Source: Opitutaceae bacterium
GTDB taxonomy: Bacteria; Verrucomicrobiota; Verrucomicrobiia; Opitutales; Coraliomargaritaceae
NCBI GenBank assembly: GCA_051252375.1
Contig: JBPOFY010000002.1
Location: forward strand, 1-64,000
Reading direction: 5' to 3'
Length of the DNA: 64,000 nt
This document shows positions 38,056 to 49,368 of the stretch, piece after piece (the first letter of the stretch is position 1; the number at the start of each line of letters is the position of its first letter). Both the position numbers and the translations under genes were made by a program. A model generated the notes under the pieces. That model made no database searches, had not been told where the DNA came from, and saw nothing but the letters and a program-made list of their open reading frames with translations.

Positions 38056-38670
38056 ATGAGCGACACTGCCACAGCACACCACGAAGACGGACATAAAAGT
38101 CTGATCATCGACAACAAGAAGCTACTCATGTGGCTTTTCCTCGGCTCCGACTGTATGTTCTTCGGAACATTGATTTCGACCCACTTGATCTATCGGAAAA
38201 TCAACCCGACAGAAATTGATCCAACGGTCAACTTGTTCAGCCTAGAGCTCACTTCGTTTTCGACCTTCATCCTGTTGATGAGTTCGTTCCTAATGGCGCT
38301 AGCGGTATCCGCGATGCACAAGGGGCAAATCAAGAGCTTCCGTCGCAATGTAATCGGCGTGATATTCTTCGGTTTGATTTTCCTCGGCTGCCAAGTGTAT
38401 GAGTTCACCGAGTTCGTCCATCTCGGCCTCAAACTCGACACTGGGACCTTCGGATCGACCTTCTACTTGATGACCGGCACACACGGTGTGCACGTTGCCA
38501 TCGGTATATTCTGGCTAATCTGCATGTATTTTTACTCCTACACAGGTAAAATGGATGCCCACGAAAGCGCAGTGGATGTAGAAGTCGCCGGTTTGTATTG
38601 GCACTTTGTCGACATCGTCTGGATTATCATTTTCACCGTTGTTTATCTAATCGAATTTATCGGTAAGTAA
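38056..38670 (+). CDS. ctaE: Cytochrome c oxidase subunit III
   Basis: WLFLGSD, TGTHGVHV, LYWHFVDIVW. Confidence 0.95.
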   Translation: MSDTATAHHEDGHKSLIIDNKKLLMWLFLGSDCMFFGTLISTHLIYRKINPTEIDPTVNLFSLELTSFSTFILLMSSFLMALAVSAMHKGQIKSFRRNVIGVIFFGLIFLGCQVYEFTEFVHLGLKLDTGTFGSTFYLMTGTHGVHVAIGIFWLICMYFYSYTGKMDAHESAVDVEVAGLYWHFVDIVWIIIFTVVYLIEFIGK

Positions 38671-38700
38671 CCCGTCTTATTAATCATTAGCCATATCACT

Positions 38701-39072
38701 ATGTCACAAGCTGATTATAATCCTTTACCAGTTTCCCCCACAGTAGACCACAGTGGCGAAAACGAGAAATACCACGTTTTCGTTAATCTCGCTCTCGCGC
38801 TAGCCGCGATCACCGGCGTTGAATTGGTGCTGGTATATCTACCTTTTAACGAAGCCTTCATCTTTACCGTGCTGATTTCGCTATCGTTGTTTAAGTTCGT
38901 AGCCGTTATCGCATGGTTCATGCACCTGATCTATGACAAATTGCTGCTCACGCTTGCATTCGGGACGGGATTGGTGATTGCTGCAGGCACCTACACTGCA
39001 CTCCTTTTCTTGTTTTCGACCGCTCGTGTCGCACCACATGAAATACCAGGCATAATACCGCCGGGTATGTAA
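38701..39072 (+). CDS. Cytochrome c oxidase subunit IV
   Basis: [16 protein letters not shown] pattern; position in the cta operon. Confidence 0.88.
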   Translation: MSQADYNPLPVSPTVDHSGENEKYHVFVNLALALAAITGVELVLVYLPFNEAFIFTVLISLSLFKFVAVIAWFMHLIYDKLLLTLAFGTGLVIAAGTYTALLFLFSTARVAPHEIPGIIPPGM

Positions 39073-39092
39073 GGCATAAAATTCTAGCTTTT

Positions 39093-39130
39093 AAAGGACG
39101 ACGGAGTAAATTCGTCGTCCTTTCTTTTTT
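39093..39130 (+). terminator. Intrinsic terminator after the oxidase structural genes
   Basis: AAAGGACGA..TCGTCCTTTCTTTTT. Confidence 0.75.
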
Positions 39131-39135
39131 CTATC

Positions 39136-39942
39136 ATGCAATTACACTGGCATACCGAGCCGCTACTACTGATTTCGCTTTTGCTGGTCGGGTGGCTCTA
39201 CGCATTGGGCACAGGGCCATTACGTAGTCGGATCGCATTCGGTGAAGCCTTCCCCACTGGTAAGGCTGTGCTCTTTTACTGCGGTCTCATCATCACTTAT
39301 CTGGCAGTAGGCTCTCCACTCGATCAAATCGGAGAGCAATTTCTATTCTGTGCGCACATGACCCAGCACATGCTGTTGATATACCTTGCCCCGACACTGT
39401 TCATCTTCGGCACACCTGCTTGGCTAATTGATTGGCTGCTCAAGCCAGAAGCCCTCCGTAAAGTCATGTCCGTGCTCACGCACCCTCTTTTCGGCGGCTT
39501 TGTTTTCACGTTTGTCTATACTGCTTGGCACGTGCCTCTGCTCTATGAATTGGCACTGCACGATAAGCGAATCCATATACTAGAGCACTGGACGATGTTT
39601 GGCCTCGGCATTCTCATGCTATGGCCCTACTTGACCCTCTCCAAGCGAGTGCCGCGTCGCGCGTTCGGACTGCGAATGGTCGCGATATTCCTGCTCATGG
39701 TCGGTCAATTACCGGTCTTTGCGTTTCTTACTTTTGCCGGTGAAGCGATTTACCCCACCTACCTCTGGGCACCCCGTATCATTGACCTAGACCCAATCAA
39801 TGACCAAATACTGGGGGGTATCATCATGAAAGTCGTTAATATGGGATTTTCGCTTACAATTTTGGGCACAGCCTTTTATGCTTGGGCAAAAAGTGAAGAA
39901 GCACCCGAAAGCCCACTCACCGCGAAAACACCTGCTCACTAA
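39136..39942 (+). CDS. ctaG: caa3-type oxidase assembly factor (CtaG family)
   Basis: SPLD, HMTQH, WHVP.LY, HILEH, DQILGG.IM. Confidence 0.9.
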   Translation: MQLHWHTEPLLLISLLLVGWLYALGTGPLRSRIAFGEAFPTGKAVLFYCGLIITYLAVGSPLDQIGEQFLFCAHMTQHMLLIYLAPTLFIFGTPAWLIDWLLKPEALRKVMSVLTHPLFGGFVFTFVYTAWHVPLLYELALHDKRIHILEHWTMFGLGILMLWPYLTLSKRVPRRAFGLRMVAIFLLMVGQLPVFAFLTFAGEAIYPTYLWAPRIIDLDPINDQILGGIIMKVVNMGFSLTILGTAFYAWAKSEEAPESPLTAKTPAH

Positions 39943-39964
39943 TTTTATTAACAGACCTAAATAA

Positions 39965-41782
39965 ATGACCTGGGAAATTATCTTTGTGTTTACACTGCTG
40001 ATTCTGGCTATTGTCAGTTTCGTATGGGAGCGCATACCTGCAGATCTCACCTCGCTGACGGTCTTTGGCGTGCTCTTATTTGTGAGTATGGCCACTCACA
40101 GCGAGCACCTCCCCTCACTGGAGACGACCTTAAGTGTATTTAGTAATTCCGCAGCCATTACGATTGCTGCGATGTTTATTGTCAGCGGCGCACTCGAACG
40201 CACCGGCGCCATCGATTTAATCACATCATATTTACGCAAACTAGTTAAACTCCCATACAAGGGGTTCATCTTTGTCATGGTAATCGGCGTCGCTGCGGTT
40301 TCAGCTTTCGTCAACAACACGCCCGTCGTCATTGTATTGATGCCAGTCATCCTATCACTGTCGCGTGAAATGGGCGTCGCCTCATCGAAACTTCTCATTC
40401 CGCTATCATACGCCTCTATATTTGGTGGCACGTGCACACTACTCGGCACCAGCACAAATCTCTTGGCCAGCGGCATCCTCAGAGATGCCGGGCATGCCCC
40501 GATCGGCATGTTCGAACTGGCTGCTGTCGGCTTACCGATTTTGGCATTCGGCACTATCTATCTCGTTCTTTTCGGCAATAAACTACTACCCCATCGCGAA
40601 ACACTCACTTCGATACTGAGCGCCGAAGAACGCAAAGAATTTATCACGGAAGCCTTCGTTCGTGCTGGATCAGACTTGCACGGTCAAACCGCAAAAGAGA
40701 GCGGGATGCTCAAAGGTCGCGGCATTCGCCTTCTCGAAATCGTTCGCCATGGTGTGGCGGTGCAAGGAAACCCGAAGGACATAAAGTTGCAATATGGCGA
40801 CCGCTTGGTCCTCGCCTGCCGCCCGTCCGGTGTCGCCGAAGCGCATTCGATGAAAGGCATCACGATCCAAGCCGAACTCACTGAAGGGCTAGAAACGATC
40901 GCCACCGACGAAGGTGCCATCGTCGAGGGTATCGTTGCGCCCCATGCATCCATTGCAGGAAAAACACTCGAGGAAATAAATTTCCGCCAACGTTTCCGTA
41001 TGGTCGTCGTCGCCGTCCACCGCAAAGGAACCAATCAACGTGAGCGCCTTGGCAGCCTACGTCTTATTCAAGGTGACACACTCCTCATGATGGGTTCGAC
41101 CGATGCCATCAATTCCCTCGCGAACAGTGAAGAAATTATCATTTTGGACCGCCCGCGGGTACCGGCACGCAGTCTGCGGGTAAAAATGCCCATCGCGATC
41201 GGCACCACCATCGGCATCGTCACACTAGCCACTCTCAACGTCGTTCCCATTGTAGCAGCAGTCGCACTGGGCGTCGCATTACTACTACTCACGGGCTGCA
41301 TGAAGCCGAAGGATGCTTATGCCTCCGTGGAATGGAGTATTCTAATTATCATTTTCGGCATGCTGGCACTCGGCCAAGCAATGGACTCAACTGGAGCGAG
41401 CCTATTGATCGCCGGCAACATGACTGATCTAGTCAAAAGCATTGCCCCCGAACATTTACAGAACGTAATGATGCTCGCATTCATCTACATTATTACATCC
41501 ACGTTCACTGAGTTCCTCTCGAATAATGCCGCCGTAGCCCTAATGGTGCCGATTGCGCTAGGAATCGCGGCAACGCTAGGCGTCGACCCTCGCCCCTTTG
41601 TCGTCGGTAGCTGTATTGCTGCATCAGCAAGCTTTGCGACTCCGATCGGATACCAAACCAATACTTACGTGTATGGTGTCGGTGGCTATAAATTCGCCGA
41701 CTTCACCAAAGTCGGTCTGCCACTCAATATTATCTGCTTTATCGTAACAGTATTTGTCGTTCCCATGTTCTGGGAATTCTAA
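39965..41782 (+). CDS. SLC13 family permease with two TrkA-C domains
   Basis: [33 protein letters not shown]. Confidence 0.92.
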   Translation: MTWEIIFVFTLLILAIVSFVWERIPADLTSLTVFGVLLFVSMATHSEHLPSLETTLSVFSNSAAITIAAMFIVSGALERTGAIDLITSYLRKLVKLPYKGFIFVMVIGVAAVSAFVNNTPVVIVLMPVILSLSREMGVASSKLLIPLSYASIFGGTCTLLGTSTNLLASGILRDAGHAPIGMFELAAVGLPILAFGTIYLVLFGNKLLPHRETLTSILSAEERKEFITEAFVRAGSDLHGQTAKESGMLKGRGIRLLEIVRHGVAVQGNPKDIKLQYGDRLVLACRPSGVAEAHSMKGITIQAELTEGLETIATDEGAIVEGIVAPHASIAGKTLEEINFRQRFRMVVVAVHRKGTNQRERLGSLRLIQGDTLLMMGSTDAINSLANSEEIIILDRPRVPARSLRVKMPIAIGTTIGIVTLATLNVVPIVAAVALGVALLLLTGCMKPKDAYASVEWSILIIIFGMLALGQAMDSTGASLLIAGNMTDLVKSIAPEHLQNVMMLAFIYIITSTFTEFLSNNAAVALMVPIALGIAATLGVDPRPFVVGSCIAASASFATPIGYQTNTYVYGVGGYKFADFTKVGLPLNIICFIVTVFVVPMFWEF

Positions 41783-41783
41783 G

Positions 41784-42197
41784 CTAGATATAATACATCT
41801 CGCCCGGATCCGCGACGATGAAACGATCTAGCGTATAAGTCTTTATTGTCTTTTCAAAATCGGCGCCAATCTCATCCCAGATTTCTGCTACGCGACCACC
41901 GGAGTGACCATCATCTTGGAAATTCCCCTCCAACAGCTCACCTTCAACAGCCTTCACGATCGCATCAAGTCGGATTCGCTCGGGCGGCATGGCAAGCGCA
42001 TAGCCACCTTGCTTCCCTCGCTTACTGACGATGAGCCCCGCATTGCGCAGCTCATTCAAAATCTGCACTAGATAGTTAGCTGGAATCTGCTCTGCATCTG
42101 CCAAGGCATCGATGTGGGCCATTTTCTCTTGCCCGAATGTCCGCGCCAATTGAGCGAGCACACGGCAGGCATATTCAAGTTTATGGGAAAGTTTCAC
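41784..42197 (-). CDS. Rrf2 family transcriptional regulator
   Basis: YL.QIL..LRNAG..SKRGKQGGY..; lacks the three IscR/NsrR Cys ligands. Confidence 0.92.
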   Translation of the reverse strand: MKLSHKLEYACRVLAQLARTFGQEKMAHIDALADAEQIPANYLVQILNELRNAGLIVSKRGKQGGYALAMPPERIRLDAIVKAVEGELLEGNFQDDGHSGGRVAEIWDEIGADFEKTIKTYTLDRFIVADPGEMYYI

Positions 42198-42276
42198 GCC
42201 TTAAGTTAGGCTCTTGACTCATAAATGTAAAATTGAATCGACCTTGTTCTTTCATAAGCTTGGATCGCGTAGTGTT

Positions 42277-42978
42277 ATGGAGCTAAGCATCATTTATAGA
42301 GACGAGAATTTCATCGCAATCGACAAGCCTTCGGGGCTCCTCGTCCATCGAACTAGCCTAGACACGCAAGCCACCGAATTTGCGCTTCAAATACTCCGAG
42401 ACCAGATCGGTCAGAATGTGCACCCATGCCATCGACTGGATCGGCCAACCAGCGGCATTCTCCTTTTCGCGCTCAACCCAGAAGCACTGAAATATGCCCA
42501 AAATGTATTTGCTGAGCGCCGAGTCGAAAAAACATACCATGCTATTGTGCGCGGCTGGCCAGAAGAGACAGGCACCATAAACTACGATCTTAGAAGCGAA
42601 GAGAATCGAAAACTCATACAAAATGCTGTGACGGGATTTCGCTGTTTGGCGAAAAGCGAAGTCGACCTTCCCATTGGGCGCTACTCAGCTGCCCGCTACG
42701 CCCTGCTTGAATTGATCCCTACGACTGGACGTAAGCATCAGCTACGCCGGCACCTAGCGCACATACGGCACCCAATCATCGGAGACACTCGCCACGGAGA
42801 TGGCGCTCAAAATCGCTTTATCCGAGAGCATTTTGACTGTAACCGCCTGCTACTACATGCCACTCGACTTTGCTTCAAGTTACCTGAATCAAATAGTTTA
42901 TGTGAAATAGTCGCCAGCGCAGATGACTCGTTTGAATCAGTCTCACGCCATCTTAGGCTGACTCTTCCGCAGGACTGA
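42277..42978 (+). CDS. RluA/TruC family pseudouridine synthase
   Basis: DKPSGLLVH, HRLDRPTSG, TGRKHQLRRH, HPIIGD; probable start 42277; TruC-like. Confidence 0.9.
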   Translation: MELSIIYRDENFIAIDKPSGLLVHRTSLDTQATEFALQILRDQIGQNVHPCHRLDRPTSGILLFALNPEALKYAQNVFAERRVEKTYHAIVRGWPEETGTINYDLRSEENRKLIQNAVTGFRCLAKSEVDLPIGRYSAARYALLELIPTTGRKHQLRRHLAHIRHPIIGDTRHGDGAQNRFIREHFDCNRLLLHATRLCFKLPESNSLCEIVASADDSFESVSRHLRLTLPQD

Positions 42979-44833
42979 TGTCCATTTCAGCAGCAAGGCT
43001 TAATATAGTCTTACGCAGAACCTCCAGTTTGATCGGCTTACTCATGTAAGCATTCATTCCTGCTTCAAGGCATCGCTCTTCATCCCCCTGAAGGGCATTC
43101 GCAGTTAAAGCGATAATCTTTACATCTTTATGCGCTTCGCCCGCCTCTCCTTCACGGATCCGCGCAGTCGCCTCAATACCATCCATAACAGGCATCTGTA
43201 AATCCATGAAGACCAAGTCGACCGGATTGCCCTTAAGGTGATCAATCAACTGAGCCCCGTTTTCTGAAAATGCAGCCTGCCATCCCAAGCGTTTAAGCAT
43301 AATCATTAATACACGCTGATTAGCGGCATTATCTTCAGCAACAGCGATCGTCAGAGGGTAAAGCTCGCCAGGCTTCGCATCAGAATCCCCTGTATCCAGG
43401 ACTTTCACTACTTTCGCTTCCTTAGCCGGGATTTCCGGTTCAACTTGAGTAGAAATTTTTAGTGGCAAACGAGTAAAGAAACTAGTGCCCTCCCCTTCCT
43501 TACTAGTTACCCAAACACGCCCGCCCATGGCCTCAGCCAAGCGCTTGCAAATTGCCAGCCCTAAACCGGTACCACCATATTTTCGGGTGGTCGAAGTGTC
43601 CCCTTGTGAAAACGGGCGGAACAACCTTTGCAATTGCTGCTTGTTCATACCGATTCCCGTGTCACGAACCTCAAATTCGATTTCGCAGACGCCTTCCTCT
43701 TCCGACAGTGAATAGCAATCGACACTCAGTAATACAGAACCTTCATGAGTAAACTTCACCGCATTGGCCAATAGATTTGTGATAATCTGCCTCAGACGAT
43801 TTTCATCACCGAGCACTTGCCGTGGAATACGTTCATCGATATCTACCTGCAGATTTATGCCCTTCTTCGCGGTATCATTAAAAAATACAGATGTCGTATC
43901 GCGTAACATGCGTGTCAAATGAAAGTCGCGGACCTCAAGATTCAAATGTCCGGATTCAATCTTCGAGAAGTCGAGCACATCGTTGATCAAAGCCATTAAC
44001 GCCTCGCCACTGCTGCGTACTGTTTCCGCATACTCTCTTTGCTCCGAGTTAAGCTCTGTCCCTAAGAGCATTTCCATAAATCCAATAACCCCGTTCAGTG
44101 GAGTACGAATTTCATGACTCATTGTAGCGAGGAAATCACTTTTCGCTTTATTCGCAATGTCCGCTGAACGCGCGGACTGTTCGGCCTGCTGAATGACTTC
44201 GTTCAACCGAGCATTCACTAACTCTAGTTGATTTCGCGCGATCTCAGCGTCCTCCATCATGCTCAAAGCCAATTTACGACCCTGCTTTAGCTCATTCGCA
44301 CGACGCATCAAATGCTCATTGGCACTAACAAGCTCGACTTCTGCACGTCGCCAGCGTTGTTCCGTTTCATTACGAATACGCACAGTATGCCGCATCGTCT
44401 CCACGATATCGTCAAACTCGATCAAATCGAAAGCTTGGGGCATCAACGCCGAACCTTCACGTCCGCTACTTGCCAAACGCTCATCCAATAAATCCAAATT
44501 CTTCTGAACAATCGCAGAAACATGCCTTGAGACCAAAATCGGCACTGAAATGCCGATCACACAGATAACAAAAGCCAGCGTAAGATCTTGAACAAGTTGA
44601 CGATTGATGCCCTGCACACGCTCCGACCGGATCAGGTCAATCTCTGCCATGTAAGAATAATCCCCGCTAGCCATCAAGCTGTCCATCTGACGGTGAACTT
44701 GGTCCCGAGCTTCAACATAATCATTCACTTTAGACGTGGTCAACCAACCAACGACTAGCAACATCACCAGCGCAACAGGTAATCCGGCATGTATATTCAA
44801 CATCCGGCGAATCGACTGTCTCGGTCTACTCAA
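42953..44833 (-). CDS. Hybrid sensor histidine kinase / response regulator
   Basis: Two TMs, [25 protein letters not shown]-terminal receiver MDLQMP. Confidence 0.95.
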   Translation of the reverse strand: MSRPRQSIRRMLNIHAGLPVALVMLLVVGWLTTSKVNDYVEARDQVHRQMDSLMASGDYSYMAEIDLIRSERVQGINRQLVQDLTLAFVICVIGISVPILVSRHVSAIVQKNLDLLDERLASSGREGSALMPQAFDLIEFDDIVETMRHTVRIRNETEQRWRRAEVELVSANEHLMRRANELKQGRKLALSMMEDAEIARNQLELVNARLNEVIQQAEQSARSADIANKAKSDFLATMSHEIRTPLNGVIGFMEMLLGTELNSEQREYAETVRSSGEALMALINDVLDFSKIESGHLNLEVRDFHLTRMLRDTTSVFFNDTAKKGINLQVDIDERIPRQVLGDENRLRQIITNLLANAVKFTHEGSVLLSVDCYSLSEEEGVCEIEFEVRDTGIGMNKQQLQRLFRPFSQGDTSTTRKYGGTGLGLAICKRLAEAMGGRVWVTSKEGEGTSFFTRLPLKISTQVEPEIPAKEAKVVKVLDTGDSDAKPGELYPLTIAVAEDNAANQRVLMIMLKRLGWQAAFSENGAQLIDHLKGNPVDLVFMDLQMPVMDGIEATARIREGEAGEAHKDVKIIALTANALQGDEERCLEAGMNAYMSKPIKLEVLRKTILSLAAEMDISPAEESA

Positions 44834-45644
44834 TGATCAAATTCCCCTTTTTCTGACGTTCCAGTTTAACGCTATACTTAGTGTCATCCGAGTTAGCATC
44901 TACGCGATAACGTGGACTTTCCTTGGCCGCCGCCATCAGTTCATTCACCTCCGCTTTCAACTCTAGTATCCGTTCTTCACGACGGACCATGCCCTTGCGG
45001 AAACGCTCCAGATCGCCGCTTATTTGCTCAATATCTTCGGACACATCTACTGTTGGATTCGATACAAAAAAAGCCGCTTCAATACGATCCGACTCTTCCA
45101 AATAATATGCACTCATTAACAAATCAATCTGCTTACCATCGGGGCGTCGGCATTGTATCGCCTGACGTAGCCCTCTAGATCCCTTTGAAATATGCCCCAC
45201 CAATGATTCCAAGCCTGCGGCCTCAACTCCTAAAACTTGCTCTAAATTATCCCCACGAAGATCCACACCAGAACCAATCCCTAGCAAGTCAAAGAAACCA
45301 ATACTAGCACGCTCGATTTTCAAAGTGCTCGCATCAAACTCTACGAGACAGGCTAAGGACTGCATATATAAGTGCTCTAGACGGGCATTATGCTCACTCG
45401 CCTCATCCAAGTACCTCTTTTCTATGGCTTGCAAACTGCGCACAAGTGCTCGCTCTCGATACACATAAGCACCCACAAAAATCCCGACAAGACTGGCGGC
45501 ATATATAAGTCCTTCATCTGCATCATTAAACAAAGGTAGCACCAGCCAAAATAACAAGGCTACTACAGTCGCAACGAATGCCGCTACCATGATGCTGGCG
45601 CTTTGGTGCGAGCGAACGCTCTCTGATCTTTGGCGAGGTAACAT
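44826..45644 (-). CDS. Membrane protein with PAS-like domain and C-terminal coiled coil
   Basis: Two TMs, PAS-like CRRPDG, REERILELKAEVNEL; overlaps the downstream kinase start. Confidence 0.65.
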   Translation of the reverse strand: MLPRQRSESVRSHQSASIMVAAFVATVVALLFWLVLPLFNDADEGLIYAASLVGIFVGAYVYRERALVRSLQAIEKRYLDEASEHNARLEHLYMQSLACLVEFDASTLKIERASIGFFDLLGIGSGVDLRGDNLEQVLGVEAAGLESLVGHISKGSRGLRQAIQCRRPDGKQIDLLMSAYYLEESDRIEAAFFVSNPTVDVSEDIEQISGDLERFRKGMVRREERILELKAEVNELMAAAKESPRYRVDANSDDTKYSVKLERQKKGNLIIE

Positions 45645-45765
45645 AGGGGGGTCGTTAACTAAACTTATTCTAGGTAACTATACCTAGACAATAAGTAGCT
45701 AGGAGGGAGAACTAGCAACGAAAATTTACAGAACAACGGCTGTCATCGCTACGTTACTCACATCA

Positions 45766-46131
45766 TTAAAGGGTCACCTCAAGAGCATCTGCCCAAAGTC
45801 GGTCCAACTGATATAATTCTCGCATCTCCTGAGTCTGCAAATGCACCATAAAGTCAAAGGCATCCACAACCAACCAGCCACTGCCCACCTCGCGGTCTTC
45901 GCCAATAAGATGAACTCCTGCATCTTTCAAAGCTTGATCCAATGCACCTTTCAGTGCCTTCAAGTGAGGATTCGACGTGCCAGTCGACAGGACCAAATAA
46001 TCTGTGATCGAAGACTTGCCCCGGACGTCAAGGACTCGAATCGATTCCCCCTTTTTGTCCTCAATGGCAGCTACTGCCATACGGATTTCGTCCAGTGTAG
46101 AGCGTTTAGTTTGTTTCTTGGTAGTCGACAT
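45766..46131 (-). CDS. rsfS: Ribosome silencing factor
   Basis: DKKGE.I.VLDV, ITDYLV, W.VVD, R..Y.LDRLW. Confidence 0.95.
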   Translation of the reverse strand: MSTTKKQTKRSTLDEIRMAVAAIEDKKGESIRVLDVRGKSSITDYLVLSTGTSNPHLKALKGALDQALKDAGVHLIGEDREVGSGWLVVDAFDFMVHLQTQEMRELYQLDRLWADALEVTL

Positions 46132-46139
46132 AAGTATAT

Positions 46140-46748
46140 TTAAAGCGCCTTGGTATAAAGACCGCTCTCAGAAATGAAAGCCTCAACTGCACTAGGAACC
46201 AGTCCTTCAATCGATAATCCCCCCTGACAGCGACGGCGAATCTCAGTAGAGCTCTCCTCCATCATCGGCGCATCCACCTCAAAATAGTTCAAACCTTCGA
46301 CCGAAGGGGCCTTCAAAGTCGAGCCTGGGCGCCCAAAAACCAAAAATGTGACCATCTCTGCCATCACTTCAATTTCTCGCCAACGCTCGAGCTGCTCGAA
46401 TTGATCGGCTCCAATCATCCAAAACACTTCGGCGTTCACATAATGCGCCTTAAAATAGCGGACTGTATCGACAGAATAACTGATGCCCCCCTTTTCCACT
46501 TCAAATGTATCCACCTTGAAACGCTGCTCACCATCGGTCGCGAGCTCCAGCATCTCAACTCGTTCCTCGGCTGTGGCCATCGGCAAGTTCTCTTTCAGGG
46601 GCGATTGCGCCGATGGAATAAAGATAAGACGATCCAAACCCACTTGCTTCAATGCATAGCGAGCAATCGTCAAATGAGCATTATGGACAGGGTCGAACCC
46701 GCCACCATATAGAGCGAGCCGCTGTATGTCTGTATTTACTGATGCCAT
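46140..46748 (-). CDS. nadD: Nicotinate-nucleotide adenylyltransferase
   Basis: GG.FDPVHNAH, SPLK, IGADQ, SSTEIR; upstream of rsfS; probable start 46748. Confidence 0.93.
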   Translation of the reverse strand: MASVNTDIQRLALYGGGFDPVHNAHLTIARYALKQVGLDRLIFIPSAQSPLKENLPMATAEERVEMLELATDGEQRFKVDTFEVEKGGISYSVDTVRYFKAHYVNAEVFWMIGADQFEQLERWREIEVMAEMVTFLVFGRPGSTLKAPSVEGLNYFEVDAPMMEESSTEIRRRCQGGLSIEGLVPSAVEAFISESGLYTKAL

Positions 46749-46933
46749 TTGCTTACTGATTAATAGATATATACTCACATCCCAAACATGGGAATAGCGC
46801 AATGCTAGCAATGTAGAGATAACATGCAACCCGTCTCTTCTCCGTATTTGAAGCCGTTTTCCAGCTCACCTAAAGCAGTTAAACGCTCAATAAATACCTT
46901 GTCCTAGACCCCACCACAAACATAACTATAGCT

Positions 46934-48913
46934 GTGCCTGCAATACCCCAAGATCAGTCTATAATATCACCCCGCAAATTGCTTCTACTGAGCCCAAACC
47001 CAGAGGAAGAATTAATTTTAAATCAATACATCCAAGATGCTAAAATCGACAACTACACACTGCAGCGCATTTCACACCTACACGAATTAAAGGGGTTTGA
47101 GTTAAGCACTATGTGCGACGCGGTGCTTTTGGACATGCGGATAGAACGCACTGATGTCATTGAAGCGATTAATCACTTAGCGAGTAAAAAGGGTCCTGTC
47201 GCACTCATCTGCCTTTGCCGTAATCATAAGCAATTGCGCAACTATATCGATGTCATTCACCTCATCGACGATTATATTTTAGCAGAATCACTTACAGAAG
47301 GCGAACTGACCACCCGCGTCTCACACGCGATCCGCCGCTGCCAGACAGAGTTTCAATTGCTCTCCGAGCAGAATCTATTGAAAGCATTGTTAGATAATAT
47401 TCCCGATGCGATTTACTTTAAAGACAGGAATAGCCGTTTCCTTAAAGTGAATTCAGCAATGGCTAAGCAATATGGTCATAGCCAGGCGCATGAATTGATC
47501 GGAAAATCAGATTTTGACTTATTCACCAAAGAACACGCACAGCCGGCCTATGATGATGAACAGCGTATCATACAAACTGGTGAACCGGTGATTGGTAAAA
47601 TTGAGAAGGAGACACTACCCAATGGTAAAATAAATTGGGTGACCACGACCAAACTACCGCTTCGCAACGAGCATGACGAAACCATCGGAACGATGGGTAT
47701 CTCCCGCACGGTTACTGAGCTCAAGGAAACTCAAGAAGCACTATCCCGCGAATCTGCCTTGCTCAACACCATCATTGATCATGCGCTAGCAGGCATATAC
47801 GTCAAAGATCGCGAAGGTCGCTACCTTATAGTGAACAAACGCCATGCCACTTATCTTGGTGCCTCAACTCCAGATGCAGTACGCAATAAACAACTCTTTG
47901 ACTTCTTTCCACATGATGAAGCCAGCCGAATCAATGAGCTAGACCAAACCATCATGGAAAAAAATCAAGGCATGGAAAACATGATTGATGAGCGCAGGCT
48001 TCCTGGCGGCGAATTTGGTTGGCTCCTGACCAGTAAAGTCCCCTTCCATGACGAATCCGGAAAATGCATCGGCTTAGTTGGTATCTCTCAAGACATCACG
48101 CTACAGAAGAATGTCGAATTACAACTTAAGTCGACCATCCAAACCCTGGAAGAAACCAAGCTCCAACTAATTGAGGCCGAAAAATTAAAAACCGTCGGGC
48201 GGTTGGCGGCGGGCATCGCCCATGAAGTCAAAAATCCCCTTGCTGTGGTTCTCTTAGGTGTCGATTTCTTGAAAAGTCAGTTGGCTGATAATACTGAATT
48301 AAGAGAGATGCTAGAGGACATGCATCAAGCCGTAAACAAAGCCAACGATGTCGTGTTTGAACTCTTAGACTATTCTTCGCCACATGAAGTCAGTTTAGTG
48401 CCTTCATCGATCAATACTGCCATACATAGAGTCCTCTTGCTCATGAGACATAATCTACGTGAAGCTCAGATCGATCTAATTGATGAATGTAGCCCCGATC
48501 TACCCGACGTCCTCATCGATGCATCAAAAATCGACCAAGTCTTCATCAATCTGATACTCAACGCTATATCCGTAATGAAAAATGGCGGTCAAATCACTAT
48601 TAGAACTTATAAACAGCGTATGAGCACAGCAGGTTCTAATGTCTCCAGCGACATGACCGAGCTCTTTTGCATCGGAGACATTATAGTCATCGTCGAAATT
48701 CTAGATACTGGAACAGGCATCAACAAGAAGGACGAACCCAAGCTTTTTGACCCATTCTATTCAACCAAATCTACAGAAGAAGGCACTGGACTAGGATTAT
48801 CTGTCACGCGTAGTATTGTGGACATGCACCGCGGAATGATCACACTGGAAAATCGCGAGGATACGCAGGGTGCTTGTGCTCGCCTTCTATTTCCCACAGC
48901 AGAACAAAAATGA
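46934..48913 (+). CDS. Cytoplasmic PAS-PAS sensor histidine kinase with degenerate N-terminal receiver
   Basis: IYFKD/GKSDFD PAS, AGIAHEVKNPL, NLILNA, GTGLGL. Confidence 0.93.
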   Translation: MPAIPQDQSIISPRKLLLLSPNPEEELILNQYIQDAKIDNYTLQRISHLHELKGFELSTMCDAVLLDMRIERTDVIEAINHLASKKGPVALICLCRNHKQLRNYIDVIHLIDDYILAESLTEGELTTRVSHAIRRCQTEFQLLSEQNLLKALLDNIPDAIYFKDRNSRFLKVNSAMAKQYGHSQAHELIGKSDFDLFTKEHAQPAYDDEQRIIQTGEPVIGKIEKETLPNGKINWVTTTKLPLRNEHDETIGTMGISRTVTELKETQEALSRESALLNTIIDHALAGIYVKDREGRYLIVNKRHATYLGASTPDAVRNKQLFDFFPHDEASRINELDQTIMEKNQGMENMIDERRLPGGEFGWLLTSKVPFHDESGKCIGLVGISQDITLQKNVELQLKSTIQTLEETKLQLIEAEKLKTVGRLAAGIAHEVKNPLAVVLLGVDFLKSQLADNTELREMLEDMHQAVNKANDVVFELLDYSSPHEVSLVPSSINTAIHRVLLLMRHNLREAQIDLIDECSPDLPDVLIDASKIDQVFINLILNAISVMKNGGQITIRTYKQRMSTAGSNVSSDMTELFCIGDIIVIVEILDTGTGINKKDEPKLFDPFYSTKSTEEGTGLGLSVTRSIVDMHRGMITLENREDTQGACARLLFPTAEQK

Positions 48914-49302
48914 GCGAAACAACTAATAATACCCCCATCCGAGTTTTAATCATCGACGATGAAGCTCCCTTCACTCGCATGGTTAAATTAAACCTGCAAA
49001 ACGCCGGCAATTATCTCGTTGAAACCTTAAACGAGAGTCCGCAGGCCCGAATAGTGGCCAAAGCGTTTAAGCCTGATGTAATTCTACTGGATGTTGTTAT
49101 GCCAGAAGCCGATGGTGGCGACGTGGCAGCTATGCTGCGTGCAGGCGACGCGACTAAGCACATACCTATTATTTTCGTATCAGCCATGGTTTCCCGAAAA
49201 GAGTCTAACAAAGGGCTGTATCAAAGTGGCGGCGAATACTTCCTCGCCAAACCCGTGAATTCCGACCTTTTGATTGATGCCATTTCTCGAGTTCTAAGTT
49301 AG
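48910..49302 (+). CDS. Single-domain response regulator
   Basis: IIDDE, LLDVVMP, FVSA, KP; ATGA-coupled start 48910. Confidence 0.93.
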   Translation: MSETTNNTPIRVLIIDDEAPFTRMVKLNLQNAGNYLVETLNESPQARIVAKAFKPDVILLDVVMPEADGGDVAAMLRAGDATKHIPIIFVSAMVSRKESNKGLYQSGGEYFLAKPVNSDLLIDAISRVLS

Positions 49303-49368
49303 CACGCAACATGCTTGCGGTATTGCTAAAAAGACCTTTTCCCTAAGGTCTGACGCATCTTAACCGCT

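Noticed and set aside
34684..41301. Many short antisense or alternate-frame ORFs over the oxidase and permease genes (and similarly elsewhere)
   Set aside because: Shadow ORFs of well-supported genes, with no independent motifs.
41784..42197. IscR/NsrR assignment
   Set aside because: Fe-S Cys ligands absent and no isc/suf genes adjacent; left as generic Rrf2.
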